Of a DNA stretch of 64,000 nt, positions 51,101 through 62,736 are shown in pieces; positions within the stretch are counted from its first letter, which is position 1; the number at the start of each line of letters is the position of its first letter. This DNA comes from Eledone cirrhosa (Eukaryota), in assembly GCA_964016885.1 (NCBI GenBank), contig OZ024756.1:1612001-1676000 (forward strand), read 5' to 3'. The translations under genes and the position numbers were made by a program. The notes beneath the pieces are model-generated. The model was given only the letters and a program-made list of their open reading frames with translations, was not told where the DNA came from and searched no databases.

Positions 51101-54100
51101 CTTGCTGTCTTCAGTACATCTATGAAGTGTGCAGTGTCAGTGATCTGGTCCTCTGTCTTGCTGTCTTCAGTACATCTATGAAGTGTGCAGTGTCAGTGAT
51201 CTGGTCCTCTGTCTTGTTGTCTTCAGTTCATCTATGAAGTGTGCAGTGTCAGTGATCTGGTCCTCTGTCTTGCTGTCTTCAGTTCATCTATGAAGTGTGT
51301 AGTGTCAGTGATCTGGTCCTCTGTCTTGCTGTCTTCAGTACATCTATGAAGTGTGCAGTGTCAGTGATCAGGTTCTCTGTCTTGCTGTCTTCAGTACATC
51401 TATGAAGTGTGCAGTGTCAGTGATCTGGTCCTCTGTCTTGCTGTCTTCAGTACATCTATGAAGTCTGCAGTGTCAGTGATCTGGTCCTCTGTCTTGCTGT
51501 CTTCAGTTCATCTATGAAGTGTGCAGTGTCAGTGATCTGGTCCTCTGTCTTGCTGTCTTCAGTACATCTATGAAGTGTGCAGTGTCAGTGATCTGGTCCT
51601 CTGTCTTGCTGTCTTCAGTACATCTATGAAGTGTGCAGTGTCAGTGATCTGGTCCTCTGTCTTGTTGTCTTCAGTTCATCTATGAAGTGTGCAGTGTCAG
51701 TGATCTGGTCCTCTGTCTTGCTGTCTTCAGTTCATCTATGAAGTGTGCAGTGTCAGTGATCTGGTCCTCTGTCTTGTTGTCTTCAGTTCATCTATGAAGT
51801 GTGCAGTGTCAGTGATCTGGTCCTCTGTCTTGCTGTCTTCAGTACATCTATGAAGTGTGCAGTGTCAGTGATCTGGTCCTCTGTCTTGTTGTCTTCAGTT
51901 CATCTATGAAGTGTGCAGTGTCAGTGATCTGGTCCTCTGTCTTGCTGTCTTCAGAACATCTATGAAGTGTGCAGTGTCAGTGATCTGGTCCTCTGTCTTG
52001 CTGTCTTCAGTACATCTATGAAGTGTGCAGTGTCAGTGATCTGGTCCTCTGTCTTTTTGTCTTCAGTTCATCTATGAAGTGTGCAGTGTCAGTGATCTGG
52101 TCCTCTGTCTTGCTGTCTTCAGTTCATCTATGAAGTGTGCAGTGTCAGTGATCTGGTCCTCTGTCTTGCTGTCTTCAGTTCATCTATGAAGTGTGCAGTG
52201 TCAGTGATCTGGTCCTCTGTGTTGCTGTCTTCAGTACATCTATGAAGTGTGCAGTGTCAGTGATCTGGTCCTCTGTCTTGCTGTCTTCAGTTCATCTATG
52301 AAGTGTGCAGTGTCAGTGATCTGGTCCCCTGTCTTGCTGTCTTCAGTTCATCTATGAAGTGTGCAATGTCAGTGATCTGGTCCTCTGTCTTGCTGTCTTC
52401 AGTTCATCTATGAAGTGTGCAGTGTCAGTGATCTGGTCCTCTGTCTTGCTGTCTTCAGTTCATCTATGAAGTGTGCAGTGTCAGTGATCTGGTCCTCTGT
52501 CTTGCTGTCTTCAGTACATCTATGAAGTGTGCAGTGTCAGTGATCTGGTCCTCTGTCTTGCTGTCTTCAGTTCATCTATGAAGTGTGCAGTGTCAGTGAT
52601 CTGGTCCTCTGTCTTGCTGTCTTCAGTTCATCTATGAAGTGTGCAGTGTCAGTGATCTGGTCCTCTGTCTTGCTGTCTTCAGTACATCTATGAAGTGTGC
52701 AGTGTCAGTGATCTGGTCCTCTGTCTTGCTGTCTTCAGTACATCTATGAAGTGTGCAGTGTCAGTGATCTGGTCCTCTGTCTTGTTGTCTTCAGTTCATC
52801 TATGAAGTGTGCAGTGTCAGTGATCTGGTCCTCTGTCTTGCTGTCTTCAGTACATCTATGAAGTGTGCAGTGTCAGTGATCTGGTCCTCTGTCTTGTTGT
52901 CTTCAGTTCATCTATGAAGTGTGCAGTGTCAGTGATCTGGTCCTCTGTCTTGCTGTCTTCAGAACATCTATGAAGTGTGCAGTGTCAGTGATCTGGTCCT
53001 CTGTCTTGCTGTCTTCAGTACATCTATGAAGTGTGCAGTGTCAGTGATCTGGTCCTCTGTCTTTTTGTCTTCAGTTCATCTATGAAGTGTGCAGTGTCAG
53101 TGATCTGGTCCTCTGTCTTGCTGTCTTCAGTTCATCTATGAAGTGTGCAGTGTCAGTGATCTGGTCCTCTGTCTTGCTGTCTTCAGTTCATCTATGAAGT
53201 GTGCAGTGTCAGTGATCTGGTCCTCTGTGTTGCTGTCTTCAGTACATCTATGAAGTGTGCAGTGTCAGTGATCTGGTCCTCTGTCTTGCTGTCTTCAGTT
53301 CATCTATGAAGTGTGCAGTGTCAGTGATCTGGTCCCCTGTCTTGCTGTCTTCAGTTCATCTATGAAGTGTGCAATGTCAGTGATCTGGTCCTCTGTCTTG
53401 CTGTCTTCAGTTCATCTATGAAGTGTGCAGTGTCAGTGATCTGGTCCTCTGTCTTTTTGTCTTCAGTTCATCTATGAAGTGTGCAGTGTCAGTGATCTGG
53501 TCCTCTGTCTTGCTGTCTTCAGTTCATCTATGAAGTGTGCAGTGTCAGTGATCTGGTCCTCTGTCTTGCTGTCTTCAGTTCATCTATGAAGTGTGCAGTG
53601 TCAGTGATCTGGTCCTCTGTGTTGCTGTCTTCAGTACATCTATGAAGTGTGCAGTGTCAGTGATCTGGTCCTCTGTCTTGCTGTCTTCAGTTCATCTATG
53701 AAGTGTGCAGTGTCAGTGATCTGGTCCCCTGTCTTGCTGTCTTCAGTTCATCTATGAAGTGTGCAATGTCAGTGATCTGGTCCTCTGTCTTGCTGTCTTC
53801 AGTTCATCTATGAAGTGTGCAGTGTCAGTGATCTGGTCCTCTGTCTTGCTGTCTTCAGTTCATCTATGAAGTGTGCAGTGTCAGTGATCTGGTCCTCTGT
53901 CTTGCTGTCTTCAGTACATCTATGAAGTGTGCAGTGTCAGTGATCTGGTCCTCTGTCTTGCTGTCTTCAGTACATCTATGAAGTGTGCAGTGTCAGTGAT
54001 CTGGTCCTCTGTCTTGCTGTCTTCAGTTCATCTATGAAGTGTGCAGTGTCAGTGATCTGGTCCTCTATCTTGCTGTCTTCAGTACATCTATGTAGTGTGC

Positions 54101-57100
54101 AGTGTCAGTGATCTGGTCCTCTGTCTTGCCTTCTTCAGTTCATCTATGAAGTGTGTAGTGTCAGTGATCTGGTCCTCTGTCTTGCTGTCTTCAGTACATC
54201 TATGAAGTGTGCAGTGTCAGTGATCTGGTCCTCTGTCTTGCTGTCTTCAGTACATCTATGAAGTGTGCCGTGTCAGTGATCAGCTCCTCTGTCTTGCTGT
54301 CTTCAGTTCATCTATGATGTGTGCAGTGTCAGTGATCTGGTCCTCTGTCTTGCTGTCTTCAGTACATCTATGAAGTGTGCAGTGTCAGTGATCAGCTCCT
54401 CTGTCTTGCTGTCTTCAGTTCATCTATGATGTGTGCAGTGTCAGGGATCTGGTCCTCCGTCTTGCTGTCTTCAGTACATCTATGTAGTGTGCAATGTCAG
54501 TGATCTGGTCCTCTATCTTGCTGTCTTCAGTTCATCTATGAAGTGTGCAGTGTCAGTGATCTGGTCCTCTGTCTTGCTGTCTTCAGTTCATCTATGAAGT
54601 GTGCAGTGTCAGTGATCTGGTCCTCCGTCTTGCTGTCTTCAGTACATCTATGAAGTGTGCAGCGTCAGTGATCTGGTCCTCTGTCTTGCTGTTTTCAGTA
54701 CATCTATGAAGGGTGCAGTGTCAGTGATCTGGTCCTCCGTCTTGCTGTCTTCAGTACATCTATTAAGTGTGCAGTGTCAGTGATCTGGCCCTCTGTCTTG
54801 CTGTCTTCAGTTCATCTATGAAGTGTGCAGTGTCAGTGATCTGGTCCTCTGTCTTGCTGTCTTCAGTTCATCTATGAAGTGTGCAGTGTCAGTGATCTGG
54901 TCCTCTGTCTTACTGTTTTCAGTACATCTATGAAGTGTGCAGTGTCAGTGATCTGGTCCTCTGTCTTGCTGTCTTCAGTTCATCTATGAAATGTGCAGTG
55001 TCAGTGATCTGGTCCTCTGTCTTGCTGTCTTCAGTACATCTATGAAGTGTGCAGTGCCAGTGATCTAGTCCTCTGTCTTGCTGTCTTCAGTTCATCTATG
55101 AAGTGTGCAGTGTCAGTGATCTTGTCCGCTGTCTTGCCGTCTTCAGTACATCTATGAATTGTGCAGTGTCAGTGATCTCGTCCTCTGTCTTGCTGTCTTC
55201 AGTACATCAATGAAGTGTGCAGTGTCAGTGATCTCGTCCTCTGTCTTGCTGTCTTCAGTACATCTATGAAGTGTGCAGTGTCAGTGATCTCGTCCTCTGT
55301 CTTGCTGTCTTCAGTACATCTATGAGGTGTGCAGTGTCAGTGATCTGGTCCTCTGTCTTGCTGTCTTCAGTACATCTATGAAGTGTGCAGTGTCAGTGAT
55401 CTGGTCCTCTATCTTGCTGTCTTCAGTACATTTATGAAGTGTGCAGTGTCAGTGATCTGGTCCTCTGTCTTGCTGTCTTCAGTACATCTATGAAGTGTGC
55501 AGTGTCAGTGATCAGGTCCTCTGTCTTGCTGTCTTCAGTTCATCTATGAAGTGTGCAGTGTCAGTGATCAGGTCCTCTGTCTTGCTGTCTTCAGTACATC
55601 TATGAAGTGTGCAGTGTCAGTGATCTAGTCCTCTGTCTTGCTGTCTTCAGTTCATCTATGAAGTGTGCAGTGTCAGTGATCTTGTCCGCTGTCTTGCCGT
55701 CTTCAGTACATCAATGAAGTGTGCAGTGTCAGTGATCTCGTCTTCTGTCTTGCTGTCTTCAGTACATCTATGAAGTGTGCAGTGTCAGTGATCTCGTCCT
55801 CTGTCTTGCTGTCTTCAGTACATCTATGAGGTGTGCAGTGTCAGTGATCTGGTCCTCTGTCTTGCTGTCTTCAGTACATCTATGAAGTGTGCAGTGTCAG
55901 TGATCTGGTCCTCTATCTTGCTGTCTTCAGTACATCTATGAAGTGTGCAGTGTCAGTGATCTGGTCCTCTGTCTTGCTGTCTTCAGTACATCTATGAAGT
56001 GTGCAGTGTCAGTGATCTGGTCCTCTGTCTTGTTGTCTTCAGTTCATCTATGAAGTGTGCAGTGTCAGTGATCTGGTCCTCTGTCTTGCTGTCTTCAGTT
56101 CATCTATGAAGTGTGTAGTGTCAGTGATCTGGTCCTCTGTCTTGCTGTCTTCAGTACATCTATGAAGTGTGCAGTGTCAGTGATCAGGTTCTCTGTCTTG
56201 CTGTCTTCAGTACATCTATGAAGTGTGCAGTGTCAGTGATCTGGTCCTCTGTCTTGCTGTCTTCAGTACATCTATGAAGTCTGCAGTGTCAGTGATCTGG
56301 TCCTCTGTCTTGCTGTCTTCAGTTCATCTATGAAGTGTGCAGTGTCAGTGATCTGGTCCTCTGTCTTGCTGTCTTCAGTACATCTATGAAGTGTGCAGTG
56401 TCAGTGATCTGGTCCTCTGTCTTGCTGTCTTCAGTACATCTATGAAGTGTGCAGTGTCAGTGATCTGGTCCTCTGTCTTGTTGTCTTCAGTTCATCTATG
56501 AAGTGTGCAGTGTCAGTGATCTGGTCCTCTGTCTTGCTGTCTTCAGTTCATCTATGAAGTGTGCAGTGTCAGTGATCTGGTCCTCTGTCTTGTTGTCTTC
56601 AGTTCATCTATGAAGTGTGCAGTGTCAGTGATCTGGTCCTCTGTCTTGCTGTCTTCAGTACATCTATGAAGTGTGCAGTGTCAGTGATCTGGTCCTCTGT
56701 CTTGTTGTCTTCAGTTCATCTATGAAGTGTGCAGTGTCAGTGATCTGGTCCTCTGTCTTGCTGTCTTCAGAACATCTATGAAGTGTGCAGTGTCAGTGAT
56801 CTGGTCCTCTGTCTTGCTGTCTTCAGTACATCTATGAAGTGTGCAGTGTCAGTGATCTGGTCCTCTGTCTTTTTGTCTTCAGTTCATCTATGAAGTGTGC
56901 AGTGTCAGTGATCTGGTCCTCTGTCTTGCTGTCTTCAGTTCATCTATGAAGTGTGCAGTGTCAGTGATCTGGTCCTCTGTCTTGCTGTCTTCAGTTCATC
57001 TATGAAGTGTGCAGTGTCAGTGATCTGGTCCTCTGTGTTGCTGTCTTCAGTACATCTATGAAGTGTGCAGTGTCAGTGATCTGGTCCTCTGTCTTGCTGT

Positions 57101-58280
57101 CTTCAGTTCATCTATGAAGTGTGCAGTGTCAGTGATCTGGTCCCCTGTCTTGCTGTCTTCAGTTCATCTATGAAGTGTGCAATGTCAGTGATCTGGTCCT
57201 CTGTCTTGCTGTCTTCAGTTCATCTATGAAGTGTGCAGTGTCAGTGATCTGGTCCTCTGTCTTGCTGTCTTCAGTTCATCTATGAAGTGTGCAGTGTCAG
57301 TGATCTGGTCCTCTGTCTTGCTGTCTTCAGTACATCTATGAAGTGTGCAGTGTCAGTGATCTGGTCCTCTGTCTTGCTGTCTTCAGTACATCTATGAAGT
57401 GTGCAGTGTCAGTGATCTGGTCCTCTGTCTTGCTGTCTTCAGTTCATCTATGAAGTGTGCAGTGTCAGTGATCTGGTCCTCTATCTTGCTGTCTTCAGTA
57501 CATCTATGTAGTGTGCAGTGTCAGTGATCTGGTCCTCTGTCTTGCCTTCTTCAGTTCATCTATGAAGTGTGTAGTGTCAGTGATCTGGTCCTCTGTCTTG
57601 CTGTCTTCAGTACATCTATGAAGTGTGCAGTGTCAGTGATCTGGTCCTCTGTCTTGCTGTCTTCAGTACATCTATGAAGTGTGCCGTGTCAGTGATCAGC
57701 TCCTCTGTCTTGCTGTCTTCAGTTCATCTATGATGTGTGCAGTGTCAGTGATCTGGTCCTCTGTCTTGCTGTCTTCAGTACATCTATGAAGTGTGCAGTG
57801 TCAGTGATCAGCTCCTCTGTCTTGCTGTCTTCAGTTCATCTATGATGTGTGCAGTGTCAGGGATCTGGTCCTCCGTCTTGCTGTCTTCAGTACATCTATG
57901 TAGTGTGCAATGTCAGTGATCTGGTCCTCTATCTTGCTGTCTTCAGTTCATCTATGAAGTGTGCAGTGTCAGTGATCTGGTCCTCTGTCTTGCTGTCTTC
58001 AGTTCATCTATGAAGTGTGCAGTGTCAGTGATCTGGTCCTCCGTCTTGCTGTCTTCAGTACATCTATGAAGTGTGCAGCGTCAGTGATCTGGTCCTCTGT
58101 CTTGCTGTTTTCAGTACATCTATGAAGGGTGCAGTGTCAGTGATCTGGTCCTCCGTCTTGCTGTCTTCAGTACATCTATTAAGTGTGCAGTGTCAGTGAT
58201 CTGGCCCTCTGTCTTGCTGTCTTCAGTTCATCTATGAAGTGTGCAGTGTCAGTGATCTGGTCCTCTGTCTTGCTGTCTTC
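45130..58280. repeat. Three copies of a 61-monomer (3,416-bp) higher-order unit; the middle copy is expanded to 6,384 bp by internal duplications
   Basis: TTGTCCGC monomers at 45310, 48726 and 55110. CAGAACATC marker at 46971, 50387, 51955, 52963 and 56771. CTTACTG at 48528/54912. TGTCTTGCCTTC at 47738, 54122 and 57538. Confidence 0.9.
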
Positions 58281-61200
58281 AGTACATCTATGAAGTGTGC
58301 AGTGTCAGTGATCTGGTCCTCCGTCTTGCTGTCTTCAGTACATCTATTAAGTGTGCAGTGTCAGTGATCTGGCCCTCTGTCTTGCTGTCTTCGGTTCATC
58401 TATGAAGTGTGCAGTGTCAGTGATCTGGTCCTCTGTCTTGCTGTCGTCAGTACATCTATGAAGTGTGCAGTGTCAGTGATCTGGTCCTCTGTCTTGCTGT
58501 CTTCAGTTCATCTATGAAGTGTGCAGTGTCAGTGATCTGGTCCTCTGTCTTGCTGTCTTCAGTTCATCTATGAAGTGTGCAGTGTCAGTGATCTGGTCCT
58601 CTGTGTTGCTGTCTTCAGTACATCTATGAAGTGTGCAGTGTCAGTGATCTGGTCCTCTGTCTTGCTGTCTTCAGTTCATCTATGAAGTGTGCAGTGTCAG
58701 TGATCTGGTCCCCTGTCTTGCTGTCTTCAGTTCATCTATGAAGTGTGCAATGTCAGTGATCTGGTCCTCTGTCTTGCTGTCTTCAGTTCATCTATGAAGT
58801 GTGCAGTGTCAGTGATCTGGTCCTCTGTCTTGCTGTCTTCAGTTCATCTATGAAGTGTGCAGTGTCAGTGATCTGGTCCTCTGTCTTGCTGTCTTCAGTA
58901 CATCTATGAAGTGTGCAGTGTCAGTGATCTGGTCCTCTGTCTTGCTGTCTTCAGTACATCTATGAAGTGCGCAGTGTCAGTGATCTGGTCCTCTGCCTTG
59001 CTGTCTTCAGTTCATCTATGAAGTGTGCAGTGTCAGTGATCTGGTCCTCTATCTTGCTGTCTTCAGTACATCAATGTAGTGTGCAGTGTCAGTGATCTGG
59101 TCCTCTGTCTTGCCTTCTTCAGTTCATCTATGAAGTGTGTAGTGTCAGTGATCTGGTCCTCTGTCTTGCTGTCTTCAGTACATCTATGAAGTGTGCAGTG
59201 TCAGTGATCTGGTCCTCTGTCTTGCTGTCTTCAGTACATCTATGAAGTGTGCCGTGTCAGTGATCAGCTCCTCTGTCTTGCTGTCTTCAGTTCATCTATG
59301 ATGTGTGCAGTGTCAGTGATCTGGTCCTCTGTCTTGCTGTCTTCAGTACATCTATGAAGTGTGCAGTGTCAGTGATCAGCTCCTCTGTCTTGCTGTCTTC
59401 AGTTCATCTATGATGTGTGCAGTGTCAGGGATCTGGTCCTCCGTCTTGCTGTCTTCAGTACATCTATGTAGTGTGCAATGTCAGTGATCTGGTCCTCTAT
59501 CTTGCTGTCTTCAGTTCATCTATGAAGTGTGCAGTGTCAGTGATCTGGTCCTCTGTCTTGCTGTCTTCAGTTCATCTATGAAGTGTGCAGTGTCAGTGAT
59601 CTGGTCCTCCGTCTTGCTGTCTTCAGTACATCTATGAAGTGTGCAGCGTCAGTGATCTGGTCCTCTGTCTTGCTGTTTTCAGTACATCTATGAAGGGTGC
59701 AGTGTCAGTGATCTGGTCCTCCGTCTTGCTGTCTTCAGTACATCTATTAAGTGTGCAGTGTCAGTGATCTGGCCCTCTGTCTTGCTGTCTTCAGTTCATC
59801 TATGAAGTGTGCAGTGTCAGTGATCTGGTCCTCTGTCTTGCTGTCTTCAGTACATCTATGAAGTGTGCAGTGTCAGTGATCTCGTCCTCTGTCTTGCTGT
59901 CTTCAGTACATCTATGAGGTGTGCAGTGTCAGTGATCTGGTCCTCTGTCTTGCTGTCTTCAGTACATCTATGAAGTGTGCAGTGTCAGTGATCTGGTCCT
60001 CTATCTTGCTGTCTTCAGTACATTTATGAAGTGTGCAGTGTCAGTGATCTGGTCCTCTGTCTTGCTGTCTTCAGTACATCTATGAAGTGTGCAGTGTCAG
60101 TGATCAGGTCCTCTGTCTTGCTGTCTTCAGTTCATCTATGAAGTGTGCAGTGTCAGTGATCAGGTCCTCTGTCTTGCTGTCTTCAGTACATCTATGAAGT
60201 GTGCAGTGTCAGTGATCTAGTCCTCTGTCTTGCTGTCTTCAGTTCATCTATGAAGTGTGCAGTGTCAGTGATCTTGTCCGCTGTCTTGCCGTCTTCAGTA
60301 CATCAATGAAGTGTGCAGTGTCAGTGATCTCGTCTTCTGTCTTGCTGTCTTCAGTACATCTATGAAGTGTGCAGTGTCAGTGATCTCGTCCTCTGTCTTG
60401 CTGTCTTCAGTACATCTATGAGGTGTGCAGTGTCAGTGATCTGGTCCTCTGTCTTGCTGTCTTCAGTACATCTATGAAGTGTGCAGTGTCAGTGATCTGG
60501 TCCTCTATCTTGCTGTCTTCAGTACATCTATGAAGTGTGCAGTGTCAGTGATCTGGTCCTCTATCTTGCTGTCTTCAGTACATCTATGAAGTGTGCAGTG
60601 TCAGTGATCTGGTCCTCTGTCTTGTTGTCTTCAGTTCATCTATGAAGTGTGCAGTGTCAGTGATCTGGTCCTCTGTCTTGCTGTCTTCAGTTCATCTATG
60701 ATGTGTGCAGTGTCAGGGATCTGGTCCTCCGTCTTGCTGTCTTCAGTACATCTATGTAGTGTGCAATGTCAGTGATCTGGTCCTCTATCTTGCTGTCTTC
60801 AGTTCATCTATGAAGTGTGCAGTGTCAGTGATCTGGTCCTCTGTCTTGCTGTCTTCAGTTCATCTATGAAGTGTGCAGTGTCAGTGATCTGGTCCTCCGT
60901 CTTGCTGTCTTCAGTACATCTATGAAGTGTGCAGCGTCAGTGATCTGGTCCTCTGTCTTGCTGTTTTCAGTACATCTATGAAGGGTGCAGTGTCAGTGAT
61001 CTGGTCCTCCGTCTTGCTGTCTTCAGTACATCTATTAAGTGTGCAGTGTCAGTGATCTGGCCCTCTGTCTTGCTGTCTTCAGTTCATCTATGAAGTGTGC
61101 AGTGTCAGTGATCTGGTCCTCTGTCTTGCTGTCTTCAGTACATCTATGAAGTGTGCAGTGTCAGTGATCTGGTCCTCCGTCTTGCTGTCTTCAGTACATC

Positions 61201-62736
61201 TATTAAGTGTGCAGTGTCAGTGATCTGGCCCTCTGTCTTGCTGTCTTCGGTTCATCTATGAAGTGTGCAGTGTCAGTGATCTGGTCCTCTGTCTTGCTGT
61301 CGTCAGTACATCTATGAAGTGTGCAGTGTCAGTGATCTGGTCCTCTGTCTTGCTGTCTTCAGTTCATCTATGAAGTGTGCAGTGTCAGTGATCTGGTCCT
61401 CTGTCTTGCTGTCTTCAGTTCATCTATGAAGTGTGCAGTGTCAGTGATCTGGTCCTCTGTGTTGCTGTCTTCAGTACATCTATGAAGTGTGCAGTGTCAG
61501 TGATCTGGTCCTCTGTCTTGCTGTCTTCAGTTCATCTATGAAGTGTGCAGTGTCAGTGATCTGGTCCCCTGTCTTGCTGTCTTCAGTTCATCTATGAAGT
61601 GTGCAATGTCAGTGATCTGGTCCTCTGTCTTGCTGTCTTCAGTTCATCTATGAAGTGTGCAGTGTCAGTGATCTGGTCCTCTGTCTTGCTGTCTTCAGTT
61701 CATCTATGAAGTGTGCAGTGTCAGTGATCTGGTCCTCTGTCTTGCTGTCTTCAGTACATCTATGAAGTGTGCAGTGTCAGTGATCTGGTCCTCTGTCTTG
61801 CTGTCTTCAGTACATCTATGAAGTGTGCAGTGTCAGTGATCTGGTCCTCTGCCTTGCTGTCTTCAGTTCATCTATGAAGTGTGCAGTGTCAGTGATCTGG
61901 TCCTCTATCTTGCTGTCTTCAGTACATCAATGTAGTGTGCAGTGTCAGTGATCTGGTCCTCTGTCTTGCCTTCTTCAGTTCATCTATGAAGTGTGTAGTG
62001 TCAGTGATCTGGTCCTCTGTCTTGCTGTCTTCAGTACATCTATGAAGTGTGCAGTGTCAGTGATCTGGTCCTCTGTCTTGCTGTCTTCAGTACATCTATG
62101 AAGTGTGCCGTGTCAGTGATCAGCTCCTCTGTCTTGCTGTCTTCAGTTCATCTATGATGTGTGCAGTGTCAGTGATCTGGTCCTCTATCTTGCTGTCTTC
62201 AGTACATCTATGAAGTGTGCAGTGTCAGTGATCAGCTCCTCTGTCTTGCTGTCTTCAGTTCATCTATGATGTGTGCAGTGTCAGGGATCTGGTCCTCCGT
62301 CTTGCTGTCTTCAGTACATCTATGTAGTGTGCAATGTCAGTGATCTGGTCCTCTATCTTGCTGTCTTCAGTTCATCTATGAAGTGTGCAGTGTCAGTGAT
62401 CTGGTCCTCTGTCTTGCTGTCTTCAGTTCATCTATGAAGTGTGCAGTGTCAGTGATCTGGTCCTCCGTCTTGCTGTCTTCAGTACATCTATGAAGTGTGC
62501 AGCGTCAGTGATCTGGTCCTCTGTCTTGCTGTTTTCAGTACATCTATGAAGGGTGCAGTGTCAGTGATCTGGTCCTCCGTCTTGCTGTCTTCAGTACATC
62601 TATTAAGTGTGCAGTGTCAGTGATCTGGCCCTCTGTCTTGCTGTCTTCAGTTCATCTATGAAGTGTGCAGTGTCAGTGATCTGGTCCTCTGTCTTGCTGT
62701 CTTCAGTACATCTATGAAGTGTGCAGTGTCAGTGAT
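57815..62736. repeat. About 2.07-kb block repeated at a 51-monomer (2,856-bp) offset, separated by a ~0.8-kb cassette of the other subfamily
   Basis: Offset 2856 for GGG 57860/60716, GTCGTC 58445/61301, CTCTGCCTT 58995/61851 and TGTCTTGCCTTC 59106/61962. Confidence 0.87.
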
